From the NCBI RefSeq assembly GCF_009834535.1, contig NC_045696.1, forward strand, positions 49,788,001 to 49,852,000: a DNA stretch of 64,000 nucleotides, in the 5' to 3' direction. The notes under the pieces are model-generated. The model ran no database searches and was not told the DNA's origin. It was given only the letters and a program-made list of their open reading frames with translations. The stretch comes from Camelus ferus (lineage: Eukaryota). A program made the translations under genes and the position numbers. Shown piece after piece: positions 23,587 through 37,000 of the stretch (the stretch's first letter is position 1; every line of letters begins with the position of its first letter).

Positions 23587-26023
23587 AAGAATCCAGAGAC
23601 AGTCTCTTCAGTTAGTACAACAGAAAAGATGCCTATGTAATAAGGAACACCAATTTAGTGTCTGCAAAATGTGTAAATAAAACTGCTGTGTGCTAGTCTC
23701 CACAGACAACCTCACCCAGAATTTTCCAAAAATAAAATTTTAGAATAACTCAGACAAAACAGCCTCACTCTTGTCTGCTCCTCTTCTCTGGGAACCTCAT
23801 TTCATACTTTCATCTGTCAGCCAGCGAAAGGTTCAGTGCTCCTTCTGACCCAAGTAAATATGTTTTTCCAGATTTAAACTTCGTGGTGACTGGTTTTCAA
23901 TATTTTTTTAATATAAAAATCTTTTTGATATATGAATGATTACTCAGAACCCTAATACACAAAACAGACAAAAATTATATTTAACTCAGCTTGTTAATAT
24001 TAACATGTTATATAACAGACACTGCTCACGTGGCTCTGTTTACAGCCATCCTCAGCTTTGTCTGCTCCCGCCCTTCCCACCCCTGCTCTTTCCCAGACAC
24101 CACCAAGCACAGGGCGAGACCAGCCCACAGGAGGGTTGTACAGACGGTGGTTCAGGCTGGACTTGACCCCACAGGCACCACGCCCCTTCAGCCTGTCAGC
24201 AAGGTGAATGGCCCTGGTAGGCGTGAAGGGCAGCAGACGTGAGTGTTGAGAGCTACAGTCATCGGTCTCCATGTGGATCGTGCCCCGGCCTCTGTGCTTG
24301 GCCTCCCGAATATTAACTGGGTAACTTTAGAAGAGCTGTAAACTAAGGCACAGAAAGTGTGTCGGTAAATTGGTAGGATAATACTACTGAGACGGAATGG
24401 TTAGCATTATCTCATCAATTTGCAATAGTATTATTGACTCTGAGTTCACAGTGTGCTGGGAGGCCTGTGTTTTTCAGATTCTTTCTCATATATGAAGTGC
24501 CCTACAGACAAAAGTTTTATTGCTCAATTTTCTGCCTGCTTTGAAACACTGACAAGGTTTACTTTTACCTCCAGATTTTATTTCACACTTGTTTTCAGAA
24601 AATAAAGTATTATCGTTTTCCCATGAACTATTGGAAGATCTTTTACAGCAAATGTTTGAGAGATACACAGACTTTCTCTTTCACAGAAACTGGTGGAAAC
24701 CCACAGAGCATGGTATTAATTAAAACAGTGTTTCCCCAGGAAGAGCAAAGACAAACACAAAAATATGGTCCATGTTCAAATAAGTTAAGGAAATGCTGAG
24801 TTAAATGCAATTAAACAGATTTATTTTCTACTGAATCCTCAAGGCTGTTATTTTTCAATCTAGCTTTTTATTATTGTTATTGGGGGAAAAGGACATTCAC
24901 TGTAGTAAAAACTTCAACATAAACTAAGTCTGTATAATGAAAGGAGTCTCTTTCCAATCACAGAAGTTCTGACCTTCTCTAATACTGATAGACCTGAAAT
25001 ATCCTTTCAGATTTTCTCTGCTCTTTTTCATATATTTTTCAGTATGAATAGGTATTCTTTCTTCTTCAGTACAGTTGGGACCAAATTATTCACTCTGTTT
25101 CTACTTTTCGTCACGTAACAGTATTTCAAGACTTTCTCTAATGAGTACATGTAGATTTACCTCAGTCTTTTCAGTGGTTGTGTGGAGTCCGTTGTAAGGC
25201 TGGTCTGTAATTGAATCAGTTCCCTATTAAAGCTGCAGCAGACCTTTTGCAGCCTTATGCCATCACAAACACAAATCCACGTGCACGTGCCTCAGTAGCT
25301 CTTACACAATACAGTTTTGGAAGCAGAATTACTGAGTAAGATTTGGGCATTTTTCATTGTGTATGTTTTACCAAATTGCCATCCAGAAGAGGCTTTCTTA
25401 TTTGCATTTCCATCAACAGGATATGGCAGAGTCGCTTCCTCTGCATCCTCAACCATGATTTGGAGATTCTTTGATACACTTGCATGCGTTATGATCCCTG
25501 CAGAGTTTAAATGATAAAATATTTCAAGAAGTTATTATTCTTATTAGTCATCACAGAGTGATGCTGTTTGTTTGGTGGGTGGTTTGGTCGTTTGTTTTTG
25601 CTTTGTTTTACAGTTTCTTTGCCTTTATGGCAAGTCCGAAATCTTTGGAAACAGTTTGGAAAACACTGCACTGAAAGGACATTAAATTATTGATGTGAAG
25701 CTCTGTTGGGAACAAGATAAAAAATCAGGCATGCTAGACAAGAGATTTGATAGGAAATAAATATAAGCAGAACATAATTTTAAAGTCAAAAAATGCACTC
25801 ATTACAAATTTCACTACAGCAGGTCTACATATTAATACTTGCATTACAACCACTGTCTTGGAGAATGTGGGGAAATCGTTTGTATTGATGTCAGTAGTGT
25901 TTACACTTTGTGTGCTAACCTGACACTCAGTAGTTCTGGGTAAATTCTGACTGCTAATTTGGTGAAGAGCCTTGGGCAAAGTCACTCAGTCATTTTCATT
26001 TGGGCCTGATAATTCTAACCTTG

Positions 26024-26025
26024 TT

Positions 26026-26057
<32 letters not shown>

Positions 26058-26078
26058 TTTTTTTTTTTTTTTTTTTTG
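26024..26078. repeat. (TTTC)n followed by a poly-T run
   Basis: Direct reading. Confidence 0.9.
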
Positions 26079-26221
26079 CAATATAGGATGGGGCTAATGC
26101 ATAACCTCTATTATCTGAATTAATCTTAGATATTTTAAATACTAGATAAATATTTTAATGATGATAATTGTAATGAAATTATTTTTTCTGACCATTAGTG
26201 GTGATACAGTATTTGTTTTAA

Positions 26222-26341
<120 letters not shown>

Positions 26342-26936
26342 TAGATTTCTGCAATGTGAATGCATAACTAAGTTAGGGAGAAGATGTTTTTTGAATTCTA
26401 AGCAATTTAGATTTGTCTTTCTGACATAACAGATATGGTCAGAATAGTGTTGAAAAAGTAAACATACAAGTAATTAGTGCAGCTAATCTTTTTGTTAAAA
26501 AAAAAGTCACGACAAAATGAGGAAGTATTCTGGATATATTGATTTAGAAGACCCTGCCAAGTAACTCTTTACTAGGGTCCTAAGAAGGAGCTACTACCTA
26601 GCTATGAGAAGGATCATGAGGAAATGTCTTAGTAAAGCAAAGATGAACAATTTATTGAGCTATTTATGGAGCGCCCACAAGCAGCTAGGTACCCTGCTAG
26701 AGCTTTATAAAATAGCTGCTAAGAAAATTGGTGAGCTCTTTGTGAGAGTTCTTGTGCAGAAAGGCCAGAAAGATAGCCAATCTTGAGAAAGGTTGTATTA
26801 GAGCAAAAGTAATAGCTATGTAGATTTCTATAAATTGGAACTTTTAATGAGGAAGAAGCCCTCACGTATCTCTGTGTTGTATTTAATGGTATCATTTCAA
26901 GATGTTTTACATTATTTTCCTTTTTTTAATTTTTAG

Positions 26937-27077
<141 letters not shown>

Positions 27078-28810
27078 TGAACTGGCCCAACAGTCCACTT
27101 CAGGGCAGACTGCAATAATCTCTTACAAGAATGAAGCCATACTCAGTCCCAGGTGGAATGACCCAACAGACCCATCCCTTTAACTGTGTATACTCAGAAC
27201 TGCTTTCATATTCACAGGAAGTTTTCATTTATAAATGAGAAAGAAGGGGCTTTTAATTCAAAGCTTGACCATAAATAATTCAAAGCTTGATCATAAAAAG
27301 CAAAAGAATTGAAGCACCTACGAGAAAGAAAACTATTTTGGTAAATAGCATCACTTGTAGGAACATTTCTTACAAACTATTTTTTATCAGTTGTTGATTT
27401 TGGTGAAATAAACTAAACTGTTTACAAAATGTCTGTATGTACTTGGAAATATGAAATTGTCTTAGCACCCAAATCATTGGCATTGACATTATTGGTAATC
27501 TAATCAACTGGCTTTTTTTTTTAAGAAGCATTTTGCTGAAGGTTATTTTATAAATATAAGCAAAGGGCTTGATGGGGAATATGTTGTAAGAGGAGTTTTG
27601 TCCTAATTTCTAAGTACTACACCAAAACCAAAGACTTGGCATGACTTCTGTCTAACAGTAGTAGTTTCAAGTGATGAACTGCATTTCGTGTTACTCTACA
27701 TTTTTTAATAGTACTTTGACGCCAACAAGTGCCCAAGAAGTTGACTTTGAAGAGTTGCCAACAGCATAAGTTGCTGTACATACGTAGCAAACCACTTTTT
27801 GTAAAAGAAGAAAGAATAAAAAGCCATGTGTTTTAGGAAAAGAAGTGGTCTTAGACATTCTGTCACATTGGGCAATTTAAAATAAAGAGAATATTTTGGA
27901 GCTTGTTTTGCTGAGACGTTCTCCATTCCCAGTGCTGAGAATAAAGGCAACCAGTAGCCTATTTCCTTTAGATTGTCTGATTTCTCTGTTGTGGAGTACA
28001 CATTGTCAATTGCAGCCTCAGATGACATAACCATGAAATCAGAGCTCTGTTTTCACCAAAGAACAGACCAATTAAAATACTTATTTGCGGAAGTATTGTA
28101 GTTCCATTAAAAGGCAAATGAAGTTCAACTTAATGTTCTCTGTAATGTACTATTTTATTATGTTTTTCCTTATGATTAGCCTTTTTTTAGAGTTAAATTA
28201 ATTTTTGTTGAATGAAATGACTTCAGGCAAGTCTCTTTTGTAATGGTTCTTAAATGCCATTTATCCTGGTTTGTCATGCTGTGTGTTTGTAAGTATGAAT
28301 GTACTCTCTCCTAAAACTTAGCTAATAAATAGAAGTAGAGAATAATGATGTTACTTGCTAGTACAAGTGAAACGAGTAAATTAGAAGTGTCTGTAAAATC
28401 GTCAGGCCTGACGGAGTAGAGTTTTTTTTTCAATTTGCAGTGGTTTGTATACATGTTGCCAATAATAAGATTTTGCAACTGGATGACACATGATTTTACT
28501 TGAACAGTGAAAGACAAAATCACAGAAGACATCTTTATCATCTGTTTTTTTTTTTTCAGAGATCCCCCGAACCCTGTAATGATCTAAGAGAGTGAAATAC
28601 ATTTGCTAAAATTTTATTGGTTAATGTAAACATACAACTTTTCTGAACTGTACTTTACTTTCTTCATAGGATTGTAAAGATACTCTAATCAACTTTATAT
28701 CTTGCATGATGTAGTAAACCTTTTAAATATGTGTGTTAAAATATGTTGAGTTTGGATTAAAATGTTGACCAGATTTCCCATTTGCAAATAAACGCATCTC
28801 TCATCAGGAA
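27078..28810 (+). other. PHLDB2: PHLDB2 3'UTR (end approximate)
   Basis: AT-rich, apparently repeat-free stretch after the stop, ending near ATTAAA 28756 and AATAAA 28787. Confidence 0.6.
28787..28792 (+). terminator. Probable PHLDB2 polyadenylation signal AATAAA
   Basis: Hexamer about 1.7 kb after the stop; other AATAAA copies lie upstream, so the choice is inferred. Confidence 0.5.
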
Positions 28811-30189
28811 GTTACCTATTGGTAACATGACAGGGGATGGCGTAATCAGCAAAAGTCAATTACAGAATTTACATAAAGGTTGTTGTGTGCCAACGTTATG
28901 ACTTTTACTTTATAAACAGAAGTAATCAGAAGCATCTCTGGTCACGTTCCTGTTGATAACAAAAGGAAGTAACCCCTGAAAAATCTGACATCTTATTGTC
29001 CCTTTGCACAGATGCAATTATTACTGGGGACTGAAGGACTGTGTCTACATGTCCTTCCATCTGACGGGGGAAAAAATCACGCTGGTGTGAAGTTAAAGCT
29101 CTAGGGCTTTACTTGGTGGGGATATCATTTGTCTTTCTGAACTAAGGCAGCAGATTTCAGAAAAACTGCCTTCAACAACATGTCTTTCAAACCTGTTAAT
29201 GAAGGCAATATTGACAGTAGGAAATAAATTTGTCTACTTCAAGCCCATGACTGTCAGTAAAAGCATCTTCACTTGACACTAGCCACAGTTTTTCCTGATT
29301 TCTTACACTGATGAAGGTGGATAGAGAAAATAATCCATGAGTTTCCCTGCTTTTTTGTGCCATGTTTTTCCCACTCTGAGGACAAGTCAGCTTTTTGTTT
29401 GTTTTGTTGCCTATAAAATGTAAGAATACCTGCAAAAATAAAGGGAGAGAATAGGAACAGGAATGACTGAGAATACTTGAAATTATCCAAAACCATAGGA
29501 AGAAGTGTTTATTATTAAGATATAAAGGATGGTTTAGTGATGTGTATTGGGCATCACCTTCGTGATTTAGTCCCTTTGGAGTCTTCAACAGGCTTTTAAT
29601 GGTGAGCTGGCAAAATAGCTCAGTAAGTTTTGGAGAAAGCTGCTAAAATCAAGCAGCTGTCCTTGCTCTGTTTCTGGCATTACACCTCTTAAGAGATCCA
29701 TGGAGTTTTTATTTATCCAACTTTCTCTGTGTTTTAATAGGACAGGTTCTCAAGACTCCAGAGTGGCTGGATTCACTGTACCCAGCCTTTGCCTTTAACT
29801 CTAGCACCAGTCATTGCTCCAAAACTTATGACCAAGATAGTAAAGTGGCTTTCACTCCAAGTATTAAACCAGCCACAGTAACTTTTAAATAGAAAGAAAG
29901 AAAAAAAACTAGGTAAGGCCTTCTTTGTTGATGCTTGAGGCCCCCAGAAATTGCCTTGAAGGATTTAAGAGCTAGAATCTAGAAATCCTTGTACTGAATT
30001 TATTCAACCATCTTTTTAATTGGCCATTCCTTTTTTTTTTCTGTTTGCCTCTTAAAAATGGTGCTATAGTAGATAACACGCATCCTTATGAACTAGTATT
30101 TTTTTCTGCAGGACAGGCACTAATTGGAGCCACTGGGTCAAACAGTATTGAAAATGCTGCATATTTTATATTGTCATAGGTGTGGTCAG

Positions 30190-30700
30190 ATCACTTGTCC
30201 AAGGAGTTTAGCAGTTTACCCTCCCACCAACCATACATGAGTGACAGTTTCCAAGCATCCTTGCCAATAGTTGCTCTTTTTAACCTCTGCCAATCTGATG
30301 GGTAGGAAAAAGGCATTTTTTAATTCATTTTTCAATTAGTGAGGTTGATCACTATGTTTACATATATGAACTGCCTATTCACAGCTGCTGGCCAATTTTA
30401 TTGGAATTACATTTTTTTTATTTCTAACTGAAGAGAAGTATTAATGTTCTGATATCTATGCGGTAAAAGCAATTTTTATAGACTCATTTGACTCAAGGTG
30501 CCTTTTTTTGCCAAAAATTAAATTCGTATACATTTTTATTCGTTATGATTTTGGGATTTCAAATCTTGCTTAAGAAAAGTCACTTCTATCCCTGAACTAT
30601 AAATTTTTCTCCTAAAGTGTATTTAATCCTTTCAGTTTTATTCTTTCGTTGAGATCGTTTTATCTACTGGCATTTATTTTTGCATACAGTATGAAGCAGG
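30190..30700 (-). mobile_element. Old L1M fragment
   Basis: tttaccctcccaccaac...catccttgccaa...tgccaatctgatggg antisense ORF2-type motifs. Confidence 0.5.
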
Positions 30701-30959
30701 AGTCAGAGTTCAATAGTTCAGCAGTCCGGCATACAAATAGCTAGAACAAAAACAAACTGAAATGGGGCGAAAGAGCGGCGAATGTTCGATTCAACTCCAA
30801 GTATTTACACAAGCAGGTTTCAGGTCAAATCTTGGAACCATTTCCGGTACCAGTCAAAACTGTCAGGGATGAGAACGACTTGTAACGCAGCGAGACTAGC
30901 ATTTTATGTTTCCACTCCTTAGTGTCCTTGGAATGATGGGATGGTTTCCTGGAACAGTG

Positions 30960-31700
30960 GATAGGATTGCTCTCCGCGCTTCCAATCCTGGAGTGTTTAC
31001 CCACCGAGAAAGCAGCCTACCGAGACGTTCAAAACGTTCCAAACTGTCATAGTCAAAACCTCCACAGCCGAACAGCCCAATAGCGAAAGGCTGGGAGGAG
31101 CGAGGACGCTCTGCGCATGTGCGCCCTCCGGGTGGTGAAAATCGTACAGGCGCTGTTTACCAAGTTCCGCCTTCCAGCCGGCGGCGCATGCGCAGCCTCG
31201 GTTCCTGAGCGCTGTGCGCGTTTCCGTAGGTCGGCGCGGGGCGAAAGGACCGCTGGGAAGATGGCGGGGCTGGGCAAGGCTGTTGTGGCGGCTTGGGAAC
31301 CTTATCGCAGGTGGGGCTGGGCGGCCGTCTCCTTCGGTGTCCACCGTGGTCTCGGCGCGTTGCTTGCACGGAAGCCCGAGCGGGCGCCACGGTGGCTCCC
31401 AGGTCAGTGTCCGAATGTCTGGTGTAGGACGTGTTCTTTCGAGCATCCCTAGTTCTGTCAGTTCCTGTCCCATTCGCTTTTGGCGCCACATTCGGAAATG
31501 CTGTTCTCAGGTTCTCGGTACCCCAGTTCTAGGCGCTTTCGACAGTTCTGTGAAGGCTGTGAGGAGAGCTCTGCCGGGCCCTGGGGTATCCTGGACAAGC
31601 GGGGCGGTTGATGGAGTTACTCTGCAGTCGAAGGATCCTGCTCTCTCCCGGCCTCCCCTGCGTGAAGTGCCAACAGAAGGAAAATTAGATGCGTATTTAA
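30960..31700 (+). promoter_or_regulatory. ABHD10 CpG-island promoter with NRF1 and YY1 motifs
   Basis: CpG-dense. TGCGCATGTGCGC 31112-31124, GCGCATGCGCA 31184-31194 (NRF1 consensus), AAGATGGCGG 31258-31267 (YY1, overlapping the ATG). Confidence 0.85.
31261..31402 (+). CDS. ABHD10: ABHD10 exon 1 (Arg-rich mitochondrial targeting peptide)
   Basis: aagATGG Kozak context; MAGLGKAVVAAWEPYRRWGWAA...RAPRWLP; CAG|gtcagt; 142 nt. Confidence 0.92.
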
Positions 31701-33100
31701 TGCGTTGGACTGTTAGTTGCTTTTTTTTTTTTTTCTTTCTGCAGGTTTTAAGGGGCGTATAGATCTTGACTACTGCCCCCGCTTGAGGGATTTTACAGTA
31801 TGAACATTTTCTTTGTAAAGGTGTAGACGCTGTCATCAATCCTAATTTCTAGGGTTTTGGGGTTTTTTTTCCCGATTATCCCAGCCCAGTAAAAAGCATA
31901 ATCATTACACTACAAAGGAAATTAGAATTTGGACCAAAAATTAGAGCACCTGAATATTTCTTTTATCTTGTGTTTGATTCTTCTGCGTCTAACCCCACCT
32001 CTACTCCCAACCCCCGCATAAACAGTCCGTCTTTCTGAAATGTGTCTTTTTATTTTTTGGTTTTGTTGTGTTCACACCCTTGCCACACAGCTGTCATATG
32101 CATGGTACTTGGAATGGGAATTGTCATAGCAAATACCCTTTGTTTTGAGTTAAAAATTTTAAACATAATCCGTTTAACTTACATTTAATTGTACACAACC
32201 AAAAGGCTATTATGTATCTGTTCCTCTAGCAAAGTGTACTATGTCAGTTCATTAATAAGAGTATGATACTCTTTCATCTATTTAGTAATCATTTATTGAG
32301 CACTTAAGCCCCAGGCTTTAAGCTAATCCTTACAGTACAAAGATCATTTATGAATATAGTGCTGAGAACCTGACCACTTATAATTCACCAAGATTAAATA
32401 AATTATAATTGGTTCATGGAGAAATTCTTGGGAAGTAATGTGGAGAAGAGGATAGGTAGGAGTTTTTGAGTGCTGAGTTAAGGAAATGGAAAATGAACAT
32501 GTTTGCTGCTACAGCCTGCCAACCAACATAACTGGCTTCTACTAGCATTGTTTTTCACTAAAAGGTTTAAATTTGGCATATTTCACTATACATTGAAACT
32601 CTCAAACAGGCTTACATGTAGAAGGGAGGTAGCTTTAAGGCCTTCAATTCAGTTTTTTTTTTTTTTAAATCAACTTCTTAAATCCAAAACAAGGAAAACT
32701 TCATCGGCTCACATGGAGGAGACTGAGAAGTTCTCATTTGCCACAATAAAGTGGAGAAAAGTTTCATGTAATACAAAGAAGAGGTTTCATTGGTCCAAAA
32801 AAAGACTTTAAGGGAATACACAAATCTAATTTCTTTGGAGGGAGGAGGGTGGGATTATAAATGACTTTGTTTTTTTAAATATCTTTCTACTTTTTTTAAG
32901 AGCAAGTATTGATTTTATGGTAGGGAAAGAGCTTTTAAAACAATGAAATGAAATATCCTTGTTAAGGTTTACCATTTGTGCCTTTGTACTTAAGTTGCAC
33001 TAAGATTTGTGTGCACCATTCACAAAAACCAAAGCAATAAGTAGAACAGTTTTTCCAAAAATGAGACAATCATATATTTATACAAGGTTACTTGTGAAGA

Positions 33101-33241
33101 GGGGCGGGTATAGCTCAGTGATAGAGTCCGTACTTAGCATTGCATGAGGTTCTGGGTTCCCCAGTACCTCCGTTAAATAAACAAAAACAAACAAACCTAA
33201 CTGCCCCCCCAAAACAAACAAAAACCCTTAGAATAAAGAGA
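33101..33241 (+). mobile_element. tRNA-derived SINE (camelid Vic-1-like)
   Basis: ggggcgggtatagctcagtg head and A-rich tail; 19-bp TSD acaaggttacttgtgaaga (33082-33100) / acaagtttacttgtaaaga (33242-33260). Confidence 0.85.
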
Positions 33242-33849
33242 ACAAGTTTACTTGTAAAGAAATTGCTCACTGAACCCACTTCAGTGGATACAGAAGCATG
33301 ATTAGCTACGACCATGGCCCATGATTTTATGGGTGGAGAGGGAGCAATAAAAGGGGCACAGCACATCCCTTGAAGCACTTTCCCAAGGGCAGACCCAACT
33401 TGTTTCTCCCCCTCCCCACCAAAAAGTAGAGGATGTGAAACTCCTCAAACATTAAAAAAAGTTAAAAGAAGACAAAAATCTCAAGAGAGGGCTAAAACTA
33501 GTGCAGGTAAATCTGAATGTTGATCGATAATATTTAAGACACAATGTAATAGCAACAGGAAGACATTTTTGCCCTAATCTCTCTTTTGTTGCCTTGAAAT
33601 TTCCTCCTCATTGTGTATTTTAGAAGCATCAAGACTGGACCTTGCTCTAAAAAGGTACTGATTTTGACATGATTTTTAAATGTATCATGTACAGACTTAA
33701 GATTTTAATACCTCAAGTCTGTATTTATTTTTTCTATTAGATGGAAATAGTATCTGACATCAGTTTGATGAGTTAAAGTTTGAAAATATGTATGGTTTTC
33801 CAAAAACTGTATTTGCAAACTATAGTTATGTTTTGTGTACTTTGTTTAG

Positions 33850-34033
33850 CTTGCAGACAAAAGTCATCAGTCTCTTTCCTTAGTCGACCAGACCTTCCAA
33901 ACCTGGCTTATAAGAGGCTAAAAGGCAAAAGTCCAGGAATTATCTTCATCCCTGGCTATATTTCTAATATGAATGGTACAAAAGCATTGGCGATTGAGGA
34001 ATTTTGCAAATCTCTAGGTCACGCCTATATAAG
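33850..34033 (+). CDS. ABHD10: ABHD10 exon 2, ACRQKSS...GIIFIPGYISNMNGTKA...HAYIR
   Basis: gtttag|CT and AAG|gtagga; 184 nt, phase 1/2. Confidence 0.96.
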
Positions 34034-37000
34034 GTAGGAACAACACATTTTGGAGAAAATATTACTACTATTTAGCATGGCAGTAGAAAATTCTGCTCTA
34101 AGCAATTGAAACAAATGGCAGCATTTTTATAGATTAATTTATTTTAATGGTCTGTAAACTTTCATCTTTTGTAAAATGCAGTCTTTGAAAGATGATTTTT
34201 AAAAGTCTTTGTGCCACACTGACAATGCTGGCAGAAAAGGAAACTAGTGGTAATTAAGCTCCTTAAAAACAGTATTCCAGCATGACAACAAACCAGTGTA
34301 CAGGTTGGCTTTCTTTCAATAATTATATTGTAGGTTTTCCTTTGAGGATTTAAGGACTTTTATTTGACCATTGTTTACTTCCTTACTTTTAAAATATGTA
34401 GTTTAGAATAATGTATGTGCTTTAAAAGCATTGTGAAATTAGTATTGTACAATTCATGTTTCCACTGAGTTTCCTCTTTCCTCTCACTTCTGTAGTCTGA
34501 GTATGTATAAGCATAAATAAGGATATGTATTGCTTAATTACAACTTGATTTCGTATTCCCTAATCTTTATTATTGATGATGATTTTAGTAAAATAACCTG
34601 TTTATGTTGTTATCATTTATTTAGTGCCTAATTTGCCAGAAGAGATAGTATGGTTTAGTAAAAAAGAGCACTGGCCTGGAATTCAAGAAACATGGGCTCT
34701 AGAATTAATTCTAGCAAAAAGTGTGACAAGATAAGTCAGTTAATAAATGTCGGACCTGTTTTCTTCATAAAAAAGGAGGAGGGCTAAAGATAATTTCTGA
34801 ATTCTTTTCTAGCACTAACAGCCTAAAAATCTATTCAGCTAGTTTTTAGAAGGGTTTCAGTAACATTCATTCAATAGGTCTAGAAAATACAGCTTTTAGA
34901 AATAAAATAATAAGTAATTAGAAATAAAAATTAAAACTTTTAGACTTAAAAATAAGACTTTTATCTATTTAATGTGTTAACAGAAATTATGTCAATTATA
35001 TGGATTTAGTCTTACTCCTTTTATCAAATTAACTGAATTATTTCATTTTCATGCTCAGAACTCATAAAAATTTGTTGTGACCCAAGTGTTACTCTGAAGA
35101 CTGGAGTATCTTTTGCAAGTAGACTTTTTAGCACTATACTGGTGCTGTGAAATATGCAAAGAATTATAAAACACGGTCATTGCCCTTAAGGATCTTTTAA
35201 TCAGGGTTGAGGAACACAAGATAAAATACATATGGGAAATCAGGCAGAAGTGTTCATCAGAATATGATTGTGTCAAGAGCAGGATACTTTATAAGGTGAG
35301 AGAAAACTGGGGATTGAAATGGATAGACTGAACTTTATAAAGGAACACTGAAAACTAGGATTTGGGTCAGAAGGAAGAGCTCTTCAGGAAGGGGGACTAC
35401 CCTGAGCAAAACAGGGTAGTATCAGAAAAATGGCCATCATTCTTATTGTGTGTCCCCAAAAGAATTTGAGTCAAGAAATCACCATTTTATCAGTTCTTGA
35501 ACTTAAATTGAAGCTGTAAGAGCAATAACCAGTTTCTGTCTCCCTACAAAACATGTAGGGGAGGTTTTCTGCATTTTGGATGCCTATGAAATATATTTTC
35601 TTTTAAAAGGTATTTTAAGTAGTCATGATGAAATCAAAAGGTATACAGACATATTAAGTGATACTACATTAAAATGTAGCTTAAGCGTAACTTTATTAAC
35701 CTTTTTCAAGTATAGCCCTTCATTATAATTTTTTAGTTTGTTCAAGTGCCTTTTTATTTGCTTTTATCAAACTTTAATGCAGTATAACCACTATTAACTA
35801 TTGATTGCATTTTAGCTTGTTTTTAAGAGATTTTATCTTTTATTTATACTCCCAGTTTCTCAGTTTACTTTTGTTGTGATTTGAGGCATGAAATTTAGAT
35901 CCTGGAGGAGGAAATATACAAGAAATAGTACGTATGACTATATGAAATGGTTTCTTAACGTCCTGTCACCATGCCTACAATAAGATTGAGTCAGAGCTCA
36001 GGAATATGACACATGGTTTTAGGACTGGTATTGTCTCATGATTATTTCTAACAGAATTTTAAATTCTAGATTTCTTAATAGGTCGCAGAGTATTGAGGCT
36101 GCTAGGACAGAATTGTGTTATTGTGTTTAAAGGTTTTAAACTGATAAATATTTTTGAGTTATCTTTGTCTGTTGGTTAGGGTTCAGCAAGAATGAACTGT
36201 ATTTTTTACTGGTAACCTATTAGTGTCACTGAATGCTTATATTTTCCTTTTTGAGGGCTCTGTCCGTATGTTTTGCATCTTTACCATGTATTTGGAAGGC
36301 AGCTGTAGACAGTGCAGCAACTAGTGATGTCCGATTGCCCACTGCGGGGGTTAAAGGAGAATCAGAGTCTTTCTCCCCTCTTATCTCTGTATCTCCTGGA
36401 TTGAGGATAAATAATAACTGTAATTTAGACTTTGGCAGTTGCTTTATTACACTATTTCCCAAGGATCCAAAACCTTTTCACTTCATACCTAAAGAAAATT
36501 TTAGTTTCTTTCTCTATTGCTTATAAATTCCTTATCTCTGAGAAAATATGTATACACTATATATCACATGTATTTTTACATATCCACTAAAAAACACTAA
36601 AATTTATTAGTTTTCACTAGGCTTTAAATATCAGAAAAAAAGGAAAGCTTTAGATTTGAATAAAATAATTCTTTTTACTTTTACGTTCTACTTCTATTCA
36701 TTTAGTATGTATTAGAATACTCAGTGCGTAGGATTTGGCCAGTATGATGTCTAGCCACTATGAAGAGCGCAGAGACAAAAATTAAATAATGGTATTTCCC
36801 CTCCAGGACCTTTACAATCTCATGGAAACAATGGGGCACATATACACACATTAACTGTCTTACAGAGCAGGCATAATAAAATGATTGTGACTAATAAAAG
36901 TGAATTCTACAGAAGTTTCATTAGGTAGAGAGTTTTTTCCAACTTATCTGGGAAGCCTTTCCAACAAAAGCTCATTTGGACTAAGCTCAGAGAGAAGATG

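Noticed and set aside
30997..31839. Long overlapping ORFs (110-182 aa) on both strands at ABHD10 exon 1
   Set aside because: Expected stop-codon scarcity in a GC-rich island; no recognisable domain
33850..33857. Alternative ABHD10 exon 2 acceptor (cttgcag)
   Set aside because: A 7-nt shift breaks the frame; only the upstream AG gives the 306-aa protein
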